63,899 nt of DNA from Chiloscyllium plagiosum. Taxonomy: Eukaryota. This document shows, one piece after another, positions 11,140 through 24,199 of this stretch. Below the pieces are notes generated by a model. The model did no database searches, was not told the origin of the DNA, and worked only from the letters and a program-made list of their open reading frames with translations. The stretch covers positions 3,805,462 through 3,869,360 of the forward strand of contig NC_057755.1 of NCBI RefSeq assembly GCF_004010195.1, in the 5' to 3' direction. A program made the position numbers and the translations under genes. Positions within the stretch are counted from its first letter, which is position 1; the number at the start of each line of letters is the position of its first letter.

Positions 11140-13150
11140 CCTTTGTCAGCATTTCGCCCATATCTCTCTCAACCCTTCCTATTTATATACCCAGCCAGAT
11201 GTATTTTAAATGCTGTAACTGTACCAGCCTTCACCAATTTCTCTGGAAGATCATTCCATACGCACACTACACTCTGCATGAAAAATTGCCCCTTTGGTCT
11301 CTTTTATATCTTACCCTTCTCACCCTAAACCTATGCCCTGTGGTTCTCGACTCACCCACCCCAGGTAAAAGACATTGTCTGTTTGCCCAATCCATGGCCT
11401 TCATGACTTAATTAAACTCTATAAGTTGAGCCTTCAGCCTCTGACGCTCTACAAAAAAGACCTAGCCTGTTCAGCCTCTCCCTGTAGCTCAAATCCTCCA
11501 ACCCTGGCAGCATCCTAGTAATTATGTTTCTGAAGCTTTTCATGTTTCACCACATCCTTCCATTAGGAAGGAGAAAAAAACTTCATGCAATATCCAAAAA
11601 TGGCCGAGACAATGTCCTGTACAGCCGCAACATGACGTCCCAACTCTTGTACTCAATGCTCTGACCAAGGAAGGAAGGTATAGCAAATACCTTCTTCACT
11701 ACCCTATCTGCCTGAGACTCCACGTTCAGGGAGGTATGAAGCTGCACTTCAAGGTCTCCTTGTTCAGCAACACTCCCTAGGACCTTTCCATTAAGTCTGT
11801 AAGTCCTGCAAAGATTTGCATTTCCAAAATGCGGCATCTCACTTTTGTCTGAATTAAACTCCATCTGCCACTTCTCAGCCCATTGACCCATGTGATGAAG
11901 ATCCTGTTGTAATCTGAGGTAACCCTCTTTGTTGTCTATTACACTCCAATTTTGGTGTCATCTGCAAATGTACAAACTATACCTCTTATACACACTTTCA
12001 AAACATTTATATAAATAATGAAAGGTAGTGTACCAAGCACTGATCCTTGTGACACACCACTGGACACAGGCCTCCAGTCTGAAAACCTTCAACTCTCCAC
12101 CACCACCCTCAGTCTTCTACGTTCTGAACCAGTCCTGTATCCAAATGGCTAGTTGTCCCAGTATTCCATGAGACCTGACCTTGCTAAGCAATCTCCCATA
12201 AGGAACCTTGTCAAACACCTTACTGAATTCCATATAGATCATGCCCACCACTCTGCCCTCATCAATCCGCTTTGTTAATTCCTCAAACAACTCAATCGAG
12301 TTTATGAGACATGAATTCCCATGCATAAAGCCATGTTGACTATCCATAATCAGTCCTTGCTTCCCAAATACATCTGCATCATGTCCCTCAGGATTTCCTT
12401 CAACAACTTGCCCACCACCGATGTAATGCTCACTGATCTATAGTTCTCTGGCTTGACCTTACCACCTTTCTTAAATATTAGCATCACGTTAGCTAACCTC
12501 CAATCTTCTGGCACCTCACCTGTCACTATCGATGACACAAATATCTCAGCAAGGAGCCCAGCAATCATTTCCCCCAGCTTCCCACAGAGTTTGAGGTTAC
12601 ACCTGACCAGGTCCTGGGGGTTATAGCCATTTTTATGCATTTCAATACATCCAGCATCTCTTCTTCTGTAATATGGACATTTTAAATAATATTTCCATCT
12701 GTTTTCCCATGTTCTATATCTTCATTGTCCTTTTCCACGGTAAATACTAATGCCAAGTATACATTCAGTATCTTTGCATTCTTCTGTGGTTCCACACAAA
12801 GGCTGTCTTGCTGATTTTGAGAGGGCCTTTTCTCACCCTAGTTACCCCCCTTTGTCCTTAATGAATTTGTAAAAATTCTTTGGATTCTCTTTAACTCTAG
12901 TTGCCAAAGCTATCTCATGTCCCCATTTTTCCCTCCAGATATCCCTCGTAAGTATACTCCTACTGCCTTTATACACTTCTAAGGATTCCCTCGATATCTC
13001 CTATCTATATCTGCCATATGCTTCCTTCTTTTTCTTAACCAAAACCTCAATTCCTCTCATCATTAGTATTCCCTACATCTACCAGCCTTTCCTTTCACCC
13101 TAACAAGGATATACTGTCTCTGAACTCTTATTTCAAGCCTTCCCATTTTC
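11140..13150 (-). mobile_element. CR1 LINE, ~2 kb decayed ORF2 (RT)
   Basis: TGEVPEDWRLANVMLIFKKG, QHGFMHGNSCLIN, FSKVFDKVP, FADDTK, WAEKWQMEFN. Confidence 0.92.
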
Positions 13151-13564
13151 CAAACTTTATAGTGTGCTCCAGTGTACATTGCGTCCTTCATCATGTGTGT
13201 ATATCTCAATGTAATTCAGCTTGCTGACTTTACCTGTGTGTCTTCGTGTGTCGTAATATTCTATTCATTTGTGGAATATACTTGTTCATTTGTTCAAACA
13301 TCTTGTGTTAATTTTTGCAGACAAATCTGCATCAACTTGTGCAAAGACCCTGTGCTAAAATCTTGTGTGAATTTGTGTTATAACCAAGTATTGTGGCTGT
13401 TCTGTGTTTGAAACTGCAGCTTTGTGTCTGTGTGCATTCCAAGTCTGGGTCCAGTGGGGGTCGGGGAAGGATAGGGGAAGGATCACCCACTGGCTGGCCC
13501 CAGCATTTACTGCCCACTCTGCTGTTTTGAGATGGCGGTTGTGAGCTGTCTTCTCAAAATGCGG

Positions 13565-13840
13565 CAGTCCACCTCTCTCCCTTTCTCTGTCTTCCCCACC
13601 TCTCTCTCTCTCATCTCTCTCTCCCCCTGTCTGCTGCCATCTCTCTCTCACCCCAGTTTCTCCCCAATCTCTCTTACTGTCTCTCTCCAACATCTCTTCT
13701 TTCCCCGTTTTCTCTCTCCCTCCTCTTACTCTCCCTCGCCAAACATCTCTCTCACCCTGCCTCTTTCTCTCCCATCCTGTCTGCCACCCTGTCTCCCCTC
13801 ACTCTCTCCCCAGCTTTCTCTCTCCCCTCTCTCTTTCTCC
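13565..13840. repeat. CT-rich low-complexity tract
   Basis: Directly visible. Confidence 0.85.
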
Positions 13841-16300
13841 CCAAATGCAGCAATAGGCACTAGTCATGCAGGTTTAATTACTGCCTGTGGTTTTCCAATT
13901 ACTTGCCATGTATGAAATGTCTGCGAAAATTCATCTGCATCTTTGTGCAGTCTGGGCCATTCAAAATGGTTTTATATTTTAGCTTGTGTTTTCCTCACTC
14001 CTAAATTCTCCCTAGTGGTAGTTCATGCGCCACTTGCAACATCTCCTTTCTGTAACCTACTGGCAATATGACTGAATGAACATTTGCCCATCTCTCCTCA
14101 TTTTTAAGATAGTAATGTTCAGGGACACAGATTCTTTGTCTGTGAATGCCTTTTGATACAATTGCTTTACATTTTCATCTTTTTGTTTTAAATCAGTTAA
14201 TTTATTTGAGTTAAGATATCTGTTATGTCATCTGTCTTGTTTGTCTCAGCCACCCGATCAAACTGGGTCTGCCAATTCCACTTCAATTCTCTTATCGGTA
14301 CCTTGTTGATCTCTCCTGTTTCAACTGCTGACTTTGTGAGCTCGTTCCACACAGTCAGGAAAAATCCCAGGATATATTTCCTTAAATAGTTCAGTTGCCT
14401 GAGTTTCTCCTGGCTTTTCAACCACAGGAGGCAGAACTCCTACCTCTGAATAAGCTGTATCATTAGCAAGGACAAATTGTATTCCTGGAGCTGAGAGTTT
14501 GTCCAGTATTCCTCCATGACTTTTTCACTTTTCACTGGACAGTCTAACCTCACTTTACATAATTGAGCGCTACTTGTCTCATCGTGAATTTCTGTTACTA
14601 GCACCTATTCTGGAAGAGTCCTTCAGGAGGACGTATCTCCTCCTATTTCAACATCACAGGTCGAAAGGATTCTGTATCTCTTAATATTGTAACCTCTTCA
14701 CCTGCTGCTCTTGGCCGAAGCGAATAAACTTTAACTTTGCAGATATGTGGTTTCAAAAGATTTGTCACTTCCTCCTTAACCAAGCTATGACCAGCTTATA
14801 CATTCTGGCGCAGTTTTCCAGCCTCCACTGTACTTTCCGTTACCACTCCAATAAAATTCACTGGCTTATCCTGTTTTCCTACGTCTGGCTTTCCAGTGCT
14901 TTTCCTAACCCACCAACACTGTGATTTCATGTGGCCCACTTAATTGCAATGAAAACACCGGCGCTTTTAAACTTCTCTGTCCCTTTCATGTGTTTCCTTT
15001 TACGCTGTGGTACTTAATCCCTATGATCTTCACCAAGATCTACCTTTCGTTTCCCCAACAGGAATTCTCTTTTCCTCAGATTCTATCGCACATGGACTGA
15101 AACCGATATTGGAAGCCAAACCATGATTTCTGGGAAAACTCACGTTCATCAGCAGCTAATCTTTCCATTTTCACTCTCTGCTCTTCCTCGTGGGTTCTCA
15201 CTGCGTCAGGAAGAAAAATTTTGAACCACTCCAAAATAATTGTCTCTCTAAGAATACCGTCAGATTGCTCTATGTTTAATATCATTATCCAACTGCCAAA
15301 ATTACTTTGTTTGATCCTTTCAGACTCGGTGTAGGTTTGACCAGGTTCCCTCCTTAGATTCCTGAAACGTTGCTTTGTAGACTTCTGGCACAAGCTCATA
15401 TGCACTTAAGCTGGCTTTATTCACCGCCTCATACATCACAGATGTCTCTTCTGATAGCTCACTTGCTCTCCCTACATGTTTTGTTTGGCTCAACAAAACC
15501 CACATGGGTCACTGGTCACCACATTTGTTTCACCACCTTTTCAAATGAGATGAAAAATGCTTCCACAGCCTTCTCATTGAATTTAGACAATGATTGAATA
15601 TATTTAAACAGTTTCTCACCCAGCCTTTGGCTTCCAAGGGTTTGCTCATCTTCACAAAGTTTACATTCAGCCTTCATCTGCATCCTTTTAAGCTGACTTT
15701 CCTGTCTCGGTGCCACTTGCTGAAGTTTGACCTCCCTCTCTTGCTTCCTTTCCTTTCCTGTCTCTCCTTTTCTCTGTCTTCCCTTTCTCTTTCTCTCTCT
15801 TCTCTCTCTTTATCTATCTTGCCTCTCCCTTTCACGTTCTTATCCTTATTGTTCTACGAAAGAGGTTCGTTCTTGTTCTCTTTCCTCTGCTTTCAATCAT
15901 AATTCAAACTGTTTCATTTCTGCTGCCTTTGCCTTGTCTCTTGCCTCGAACTCTAGTGGCTTTACTTTCAATTGAACATTAGCCATCTCTAAAGATTCTG
16001 ATGGTATTTCCAGCAAATGTAAATGCTAAGCTACTGCTGCAATTATCTCTCCTTTCCTCACGAAAGGAGGCAGCTCCAACCCTAGCCTGTTGCTAATTCC
16101 AGTAGCTTGGTCTTAATCACGTTTTGCAAAATCCCTAAGGTCAACTCTCCCACCTACAGAAACCCTTTGGTGACTGAAAGTGCCGTTGTTATCCCAAGCA
16201 CAGTTTAAACCAACTGAGTTCAACACCCAGAACAAAACATACTACCACTCGTTGCCTTTGAGACCAACAACCCTCATCCTAAATCAAAACTATAGAGTAA

Positions 16301-16318
16301 ATCCCAGATGAGCCCCCC
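16301..16318 (-). promoter_or_regulatory. tRNA-Pro-type PBS of the Gypsy element
   Basis: The minus strand reads GGGGGGCTCATCTGGGAT, 3 nt from the LTR end. Confidence 0.7.
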
Positions 16319-16321
16319 GTC

Positions 16322-16896
16322 TGTAATATACCAGGCCAGAGCCCTCCAAACATTTCATGAAGGTAGCCCAGGCCCTCACTTTGTTAGATGTTTGTAGCAG
16401 GTGTACAGCGGATATTCCAGGAGAGATGCAGTTGCCCTCACCACTTAGTTTGAAACAAAACAGAATTTACTTAAAAGATTACCGAATGAAACACACAAAA
16501 AAGAGAACAGAATGCAGAATAACTTAACCTATTCGAAAACCCAACCGATTATCCCAACTTAATGATACTGTTCCATGACTTGCAACAATCCCCATAAACA
16601 ACCCTTGATACAAAAGGGAAAATCAAACCCAGGGTCTTGCAGGAAAGAAGTCAGATAGACGATCAGTCCGGACCTGCTTCTGTCGGTCCAGCAGCTTCAA
16701 AACACGACTGCTAAAACCCAAACCAAACCAGAAAGAAGCTGATCTGGGAGAACGGGCCACTCCCCTTTCATGAGACGAGGGTTTTATTTTCAAAAACTCG
16801 AAAGCCAGTTGTCTGAGGAAAATCCAAGCTAATGTTTCATCACCAGTGTCTTTCTCAGAACTTGATAATAAACAATAACTCTGATTTGTCATCACA
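16322..16896 (-). repeat. 5' LTR of the Gmr1-type element
   Basis: The minus strand begins TGTGATGAC and ends TATTACA directly before the PBS. Confidence 0.7.
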
Positions 16897-16934
16897 GATG
16901 GTGCCAGACGTGATGAGATTTTCCAGCAATTCGA

Positions 16935-17600
16935 TTTGATTTCATTTATTGTTAGCAAATGTACCAAAGTGCAGTTAAAAGTTTTGTTTTATGTTTGGTA
17001 CAAGCAGATATAACATACAAGGACGTACGGATTACAGGGTGATTGAATAGAGGGAGGCAGACAAAGTTACTTTAACACAGCAGGGTACAAAAGTAAGATC
17101 AGCATTAGATTTAAAATTTGAGAGCTCCATTCACATTCTAATAACAACGGAGAAGATGTTGGTCTTGAACCTGTGTATACGTGTGATGAAGCTTTTGCAT
17201 ATTCTGTCTGGTGGAAGCGTTTGGATGCGATTATATCCACGATGGGAACGATATTTGATGATATTGGCGGCCTTTCTCGGAACGAGAAGTACAGATGCAG
17301 TCATTGGACAGGAGGTTGGCTTGTGTGATGGTTTGAGTCTTGTTCACAACTTCGTTACGGTCCTGGTTGGAGAAGTTTCTGGACTATGCCGTGATGCTCC
17401 CAGATGGAATGTTTCCTACGGTGAATTTAAAAAGGATGGCGAGGCTCCTTAAGGGCATGCCGAATTTCACAAGCATCCTGAGGAATAAGGGGTATTATTG
17501 TGCCTCCTTGATCATCACATCTCCGGGGTGGTCCAGGACAGATTGTTGGTTATCGTCACTCCAAGCAAAATGACACTTGTCGATCATAACCACCTCAGCT
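16935..17600 (-). mobile_element. Rex1/Babar-like LINE 3' fragment
   Basis: Inverse homologue of 62805-63290 (AANIIK..SHP region plus 3' UTR). Confidence 0.6.
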
Positions 17601-17804
17601 TCTGTTTCGGTTTTTGATTTCAAGCTCCCGCAGTTCTTTTACTAAGTATTACTTTCCCAGTTCCACAATGGAGTCCTCAGATACCTGTCGTTATAAAAAA
17701 AAGGACCAATTTGAGTGAAGTATTTTTCATAGAATGGCATACTCATGCATTAACAGGACAAGTCAACAGTTCATGAATATCCTTTTAGCTTCGGGTTTTT
17801 CTGG

Positions 17805-18950
17805 TCATACAGTCACAGACTAATATAGCATTGGAAACAGGTCCTTTGGCCCAAACTGCTCCATGCTGACCACGTGCTAGTTCCAATTACCTGCATTTGG
17901 TCTATATCCTTCTAAACCCATCCTATCCATGTACCTTTTCAAATGAATTTTAAATGCTGCTATTTTCGCTCCCTCAACCACTTTCTCTGCCAACTCATTC
18001 CATTCACTCCCCACATGAAGACGTTGCTCTTCAGGTCCTTCATTAACTTCTCCCCTGTCAACTTCAATCTATGCCCTCTAGTTTTCAATTCTCCAACCCT
18101 GGGAAAAAAAGCGATAAGCTTTCATCCTATCTCTGCCGCTCACGATTTTACACACATCATCCTCCTGCATTCCAAGAAATAAAGTGCAGTCCTGGGTAAC
18201 CTCTCCATATAACTCAGGTCTAAATCTTCTTTACGCTCCATCCTTTATTAACTATATCTCTCATATAACAGGATAACCAAAACTATACACAATATTCCAA
18301 GTGCGACCTCACAAATGACTTACACAGCTGTAACATAATGTCCCAATTCCTACACTCGTTGCTTTGACCAATGTAGGCCAGCATGGTAAATGCCTTCTTC
18401 ACCACCATGTCTACCTGTGGCAATACGTTCCAATGACTATGTACTTGTACTCCTGTGTCCCTCTGTTCCACAACACTCCTCAGGACCTTAGTATTTATGG
18501 TATAAGTCCTAACTTGGTATGACTTTCCAAAGTGCAACACCTCACATTTACCTGTGTTGAATTGTGTTTGCCAATCCTCAGCCCACTTCCCTCTAATGCT
18601 TGACAGCATTTGTCGCTTTCAATGATACCTCCAAATTTTGTATCATCTGCAAACTTACTCATCCTGCCTTGTACATTCACTTCCCGATCATTTATAACAA
18701 ATACCGATGGTCCCAGCAACCATCCCTGTGGCTCACCACTAGCCACAGGATACCAGTCTGAGAAACGACTTTCAACAATTGCCCTCTGCTTGCTACCATT
18801 GAGTAAATTTTGAATCTAGTTAGCTAGCTCTCCCTGTATGCCATGTTACTAATATTCACGATTAACCTGCCATGCGGGACCTTGGCAAAGGCCTTATTAA
18901 ATTCCATATAGACAACATCAACTGTCCTACCCTCATCTATCCTCTTGGTG
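17805..18950 (-). mobile_element. CR1 LINE fragment
   Basis: SGEPQGWLLGP, SKFADDTKFGG, WAEDWQTQFN, RSHLEYCV. Confidence 0.9.
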
Positions 18951-20144
18951 GTGAATTTAAAATTGGAACCTTGCAATGTCCAAAAATCAAAACCAGGTTA
19001 ACTACTTGGAAAGTAGTTGTGCTCAAAATGCTATTCTAACATTGTTCATTTACAGACCTCTGAGTGTTCATGATGAAGCGGGTGAATATGGTTAAACCTC
19101 GAATGTTTCCAGAGGAGTTCTTGCAGAGATGTCCTGAAGGTGAAATTGCTGACATGAACAATAACAGTTGTTTTCATTCTTGCTGGTTATTGCTGCCAGC
19201 AGCAGTGAACTTTCTCTGGATTCTCGTTAACTGTGGCTTTTCCTTAGCCTCCTACTGTCACACTTGGTCAAATCGTGCCTTGATGTTGATGGGAGCACCA
19301 CTACCTTCTCCTTTGGAGTTCAACCTCTCTGAACCAAGGCTGTAATCAATGGACCTTGGAGCACCCAAACTGGCTATCAGTAAGCAGATTGTTGCTGAAC
19401 AGGTATTGCTTGTTAGACCTATTAATGATACCTTCCTTCACAATTCCATGTTAGAGAATGGACAGATTCGTCATTAATTGACATCATCAGATTTGCCCTC
19501 ATCTTTCGGTGTAAAGCATGCATGGGTGATTTTTCACATTCTCTGTCCATGACAGTGCTGTTACTGCATGAGAACACTTTGGCTCGGCAGGTGACAACTT
19601 TCTATACTTATGTTATCAGGACCCACAAAATTTTCAGGATCCTGTGCCTCCTGTCATTCTGTAATATCAGGGAGAATGAGCTGACTTGGCTGGAGATTGG
19701 GATCTGTGGACATGGGGACCTCAGGTCGAGGCTAAAATGGATCAACGTCTTGGTCGATTTGGTTGAAAGTTGTTGCAAATGATTCAGCTCTTTCTATTGC
19801 TCCTGGTCTGCCCCATAACTAATGGATTAATTTGTCGAGAGCAGCCTTGTCACCCTGTGGTTTAATTGTCCGTCATATTTTATGACTAAATGTGCCAGAG
19901 TGTAGATCTGTTGAACTTAGATGTGATTCAAAAACAGACATTACTAGTGGAACACAGAAGGTCTGGCAGCATCAGTGGGGAGAGAGCAAAGTTTCATTGG
20001 TTGTGTGATCACTGAGCTCTGTCTGTAACTTGTTCCGTACAAATGTCGTTCTACTTTGTACCTTCACCAGGTTGGAACCTTCCATAATGGTGTTCCATGC
20101 TGCTGTTTGAATATGCTGTTGTACGCATCATTGAACCAGTCTGA

Positions 20145-20610
20145 AGACTTCCTATTCATATACTCACCCAGATGCCTTTTCAATGCTGTAATTGTGCCAG
20201 CTTTCACCATAGAGTTAGAGGGTCATAGAGCATGGAAACAGACCCTTCGATGCATGCAGTCCAAGATGATAATACTCCCAAGTTAAACTGGTGCAACTCA
20301 CCTGCTCCTGACTCATATCCCCCCAATCCCTTTCTATTCACGTATCAATCCAAATGACTTTGTTTCACACATACATCACGCTCTGCATGAAGGAATTGCC
20401 CATCAGGTCGTTTTGAGGTGTTTCCCCTCTCAGTGTAAACCCATGCCCTCTAGTTTTGGACTCTAATTTCCTGGGGAAGACCTTGGCAGTTCACCCTATC
20501 CATGCCCCTCATGATTTTATGAACCTCTATAAATTGTACACTCAGCATCTGGCACTCCAGTGCAAGAAAAACCACGCTATCCAATCTCTCTCTGTAACTC
20601 AAACCCTCCA
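20145..20610 (-). mobile_element. CR1 3' fragments (rearranged)
   Basis: CR1 3' motifs (aaatgc/cccctctagttttggactc/atgcccctcatgattttat) shared with the other copies. Confidence 0.65.
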
Positions 20611-21544
20611 GTCAGTTATGTCGGGCAGATGGTCGATGATTGTCTACGCAAAGTATAATTCTGATGATGCAGATAGCCCACTAAACTTCGTGGACACCCC
20701 GTCGTGAGTTGGTCGATCTGTTTGAAGTCGGCCCCATTTCACACAGATACAGTGCCGCACCACATAAAATGTGTGGCAGGCAGTTTGGGGACAATGCCTT
20801 TTGTACTGTCCCAGCTCAGTCAGCAGGTGGTGCTGCTAAGCCTGTCTTGGTGATGGATACTGAAGCCTCCCACACAGAGTCCATTCTCTGTCCTTTCCAT
20901 ACTCATGGGGACAGGCATCAATGATGAGCACGTCCTGCGTACGCCCACCCCTCTTGACTGTATCCCACAGGGCTGCTCCACTGCTGGCTCTGTCATGCTA
21001 GTGTGACAGGACTTGTTCTGATATGAACATAGAGTCGGCTGGGACATTATCTGGAATGTGGGTTTCCGTGAGCGTGACTATGTTCGATTGTTGCTGGATT
21101 AGTCTGTGAGAAATATACTGCAGGGCAGGTTTAAATTTTGTACAGTAAAGCGTTAACCTCTCTTTATTTCTTTGCATCTTAAAATGAAACCAAACTGAAT
21201 GATTTTTTTCTGTTGAATATTATTCGCTTAAATAATCAGAATGCGCACCTAATTATTGCTAAATTTAGTAAGTATATTCACTAACGGATTATTGCTCAGT
21301 TCAAAAACCGGAGAAAACAGCTGATTCATGTTTAGATGAGTAAACACATGATTTTTGCACTACTATACGTCAAAAATATGATTGAAATGCCCTGAATCTA
21401 AATATAATATTGCTGGAGCACGTTGGCACCTCCAGTAAAGAGTGACCGGCTCCTAAATATCTCCAGATAGCTCCCAAACTGGATCTGGCCAGTTATTCAA
21501 ACATTTCTTTACAACAGGCAAATTAGACTCGTCCTTGAACAAGG

Positions 21545-21820
21545 AGAAATGCATGGAGCAGATTAACCAATGGACGAGCACAAGGTTCATTGAAATTTTC
21601 ACAATTTATGCACATGAGCTGCCAATGACTATGATTCATAGGTTTGTCCATGTTGATGACATCCAGTGTGCCACATAAGCATCATAATTCTGATCTTTGG
21701 AGCAGATCCTTATTGAAGGTGCTAGAAAAGTGATGGATTGCATTGCATCTTGCATTGTATTCCTCATCATCAATATCCCGCGCATGTCAGCTCCACAATC
21801 CCAGTGTCCAAATAGAATTG
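21545..21820 (+). mobile_element. Vingi/Ingi-like LINE RT relic
   Basis: AWSRLTNGRAQGSL..IYAHELPMTMIHRFVHVDDIQCAT*AS*F*SLEQIL resembles RT motifs 4-5 (NGLPQGSVL..IYINDLP..KFIYADDICCATQA). Confidence 0.55.
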
Positions 21821-22449
21821 TGCATCTACATTGCTGGCCAGCATGATCCCAACTAACGTTATTGTGTGTGAGTCAAACTTGAAATTTTATGAAGATGTTT
21901 TCAAAATTATCTTTATCATTAACAGCAAAGTGTAATCATTGAAGGTCATAAATCCTTTGATCATAGCCACTTGATTGTCCCATAACCAAATCCAACCATT
22001 TGTTTCGTTCAATTTTATGGATGAAATCGAATGAAAACATAGTGGCAAAATGATAAGTTTGGTTATCGCACCCAAGATCAAATTATTAATTAACTTCGGA
22101 ACTTTGAAAGTATCCAATTATCTTTCCCTTGAATGCAAATATTTCACACATATTTGTTTTCATGAAAATAATTTAACTATGTTTCCAAATATTCCAGATA
22201 CGAGGACATATCAAATTGGCTCGACCTGTCTCACATGTGAGTGATCTGGGATAAGAATCTCAGTGTCCGTGTGATGTTACGTAGGTCGTGCCTCTGAAAG
22301 ACTGACAGATTGTTCCAAACAGTGTATCACTTCAGCTCTCCACAACAAGCAAGTTGCTGCCTGCACCCATCCAGTTTATTCTCACAAAACCTTAAACCCA
22401 GCGTCCACTATTATTCATGATTGGACGACATTTTTAATGAATCCTAATC

Positions 22450-24170
22450 CATTCATGGGCATCGCTGCCTGGGCCAGCATTTATTGGTCATTTCTTGTGG
22501 CTGGTCAGAATGTGTTGTTGAGCTGCTTTCTTGAACTGTTGTTGTCTGTGTGCTGTACACAGAATTACAACACTGTTATGAAGGGCTGAATGGTAATATA
22601 TTTCCAAATCAGGGTGATGATTGACTTGGAAGGAAATTTGTAGTGCATGGTGTTCCCATGAATCTGCTGCTTATGCCCTTCTTGAGGATTATGAGTTTCG
22701 AAGGGTTTGTTTGAGGATATTTGCGTGCAAATCTGGTCTCCTTCGTATTGGAAAGACGTTGTGAAACTTGAAAGTGTTCAGAAAAGATTTAAAAGGATGT
22801 TGGCAGGATTTGAGCTATAAGGAGAGGCAGAACAAGCGGGGGCTGTTTTCCCTAGAGCATCGGAGGCTGAGGCGGTGACCTCGTAGAGATTTAAAAAATT
22901 ATGACGGGCATTGATAGGATAAATAGGCAAAGTCTTTTCCCTGGGGTCGTGGACTCCAGAACAATGTTACGTTTAGGGTGAGAGGGGAAAGATATAATAG
23001 TGACCTAAGGGGCAACTTTTTCATTTAGAGAGTGGTGCGTGTATGGAATGAACTGCCAGAGGAAGTGGTGGAGGCTGGTATAGTTTCAACATTTAAGAGA
23101 CATTTGAATGTGTCTATGAATAGGAAGGGTTTGAAGGCATATGAGCTGTGTCCTGGCAGGTGGGACAAGATTGGGTTGGGATATCTGGTCGGCATGGACG
23201 AGATGGACCAAAGGGTCTGTTTCCATGCTGTACATCTATATGACTCTATGACTTTGGTGAATTTCTGCACTGAATCTTTAGTTGGTACATTTCGCTGCTA
23301 CTGAGAGTCAGTGATGGAAATAAAATGGTTATGTTGACCATCAAGTGAACTGTTTTATCCCGGAGAGTGTCCAGCTTCTTGAATGCTGTTGCAGCCTCAC
23401 TCATCGTGGCAAATGGGGAGTATTCCACCACACTCCTGACTTGGACCTTGCAGATGGTGGACAGATGGAAATCAAGAAGTGAGTTATTGTCTGCTGTATT
23501 CCTAGCTTCTGCCCTGCCTGGTCACCACTATATTTAAATGGATGGTCCAGTTCAGTTTCTGGTTAATGGTCATCTCAAGATGGTTACAGTTAATGAATTA
23601 GCAACAGTAACCCCATTGAATATCAAAGGATGATTGTTTGACTTACTGTTGTTAGAGTTGATCGTTATCTGGCATTTATGTGTCATGTATGCTATTTGTC
23701 AATTCTCATCCCAAGCCTATATATTGTCCATGTATCAAGGCATTTGGATATGGAGTGCTTCAGTGTCTGAGTAGTCACAAATTCTGCTGAACATAGTGTA
23801 ATCATTAGCTATACCCCAATGTCTGACCCTATGATGCAGGGAAGTCCACTGATAAAATTACTGAAGGTGGTCAGACCTACGACACACCTTTGAGGAACTA
23901 ATGCAGAGATGCCCTGCAGCTGTGATGACTGACCTCGAAGAGGTCTTTTATGCTTGGGATGACTCCACCCAGGGGAAATCCCCTGATTTCCATTGCCTCC
24001 AGTTTTGCTCAGGCTCCTTGAAGCCTGACCACATTGAAGGCCCAACACAGCCTTGATGTTAATTGCAGTCAGACCCACCACACCTCTGGAATTCAGCTAT
24101 TTCTGTCCATGTTTGGACCAAGGCTGGAATGAGGTCAGGAGATGAGTGGTGCCACTGAGCAGGTTGTTAG
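22450..24170 (-). mobile_element. Old CR1/L2-superfamily LINE (YKAQVRS..EYSP type) with a nested younger CR1
   Basis: MVEYSPFATMSEAATAFKKLDTLRDK and GISALVPQRCVVGLTTFSNFISGLP; same family as 55169-56045. Confidence 0.65.
22725..23250 (+). mobile_element. CR1 LINE 3' fragment (nested)
   Basis: RVVRVWNELPEEVVEAG..FKRHL, with a CTATGACTCTATGACT tail. Confidence 0.88.
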
Positions 24171-24199
24171 TTCTAATATGTTTGTTGCCGAATTTTTTA

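Larger units (their letters stand above)
13838..16896 (-). mobile_element. Gmr1-type Gypsy LTR retrotransposon, 5' portion (LTR-PBS-gag-protease-integrase Zn finger)
   Basis: gag: VEAFFISFEKV..AYELVPE..QRFRNLRREPGQTY. CCHC knuckle RCFHCN*VGHMKSQCW at ~14910-14965. Protease relic ILRDTES at ~14680. Then integrase H2C2 relic LQVAHELPLG..LGVRKTQAKI*NHFEWP..QVIGKP at ~13850-14070. Confidence 0.85.

Noticed and set aside
19040..19145. Exon-like segment (TTTACAG...GAAG|GTGAAA) encoding MMKRVNMVKPRMFPEEFLQRCPE
   Set aside because: Weak donor, unrecognised peptide and no linked exons.
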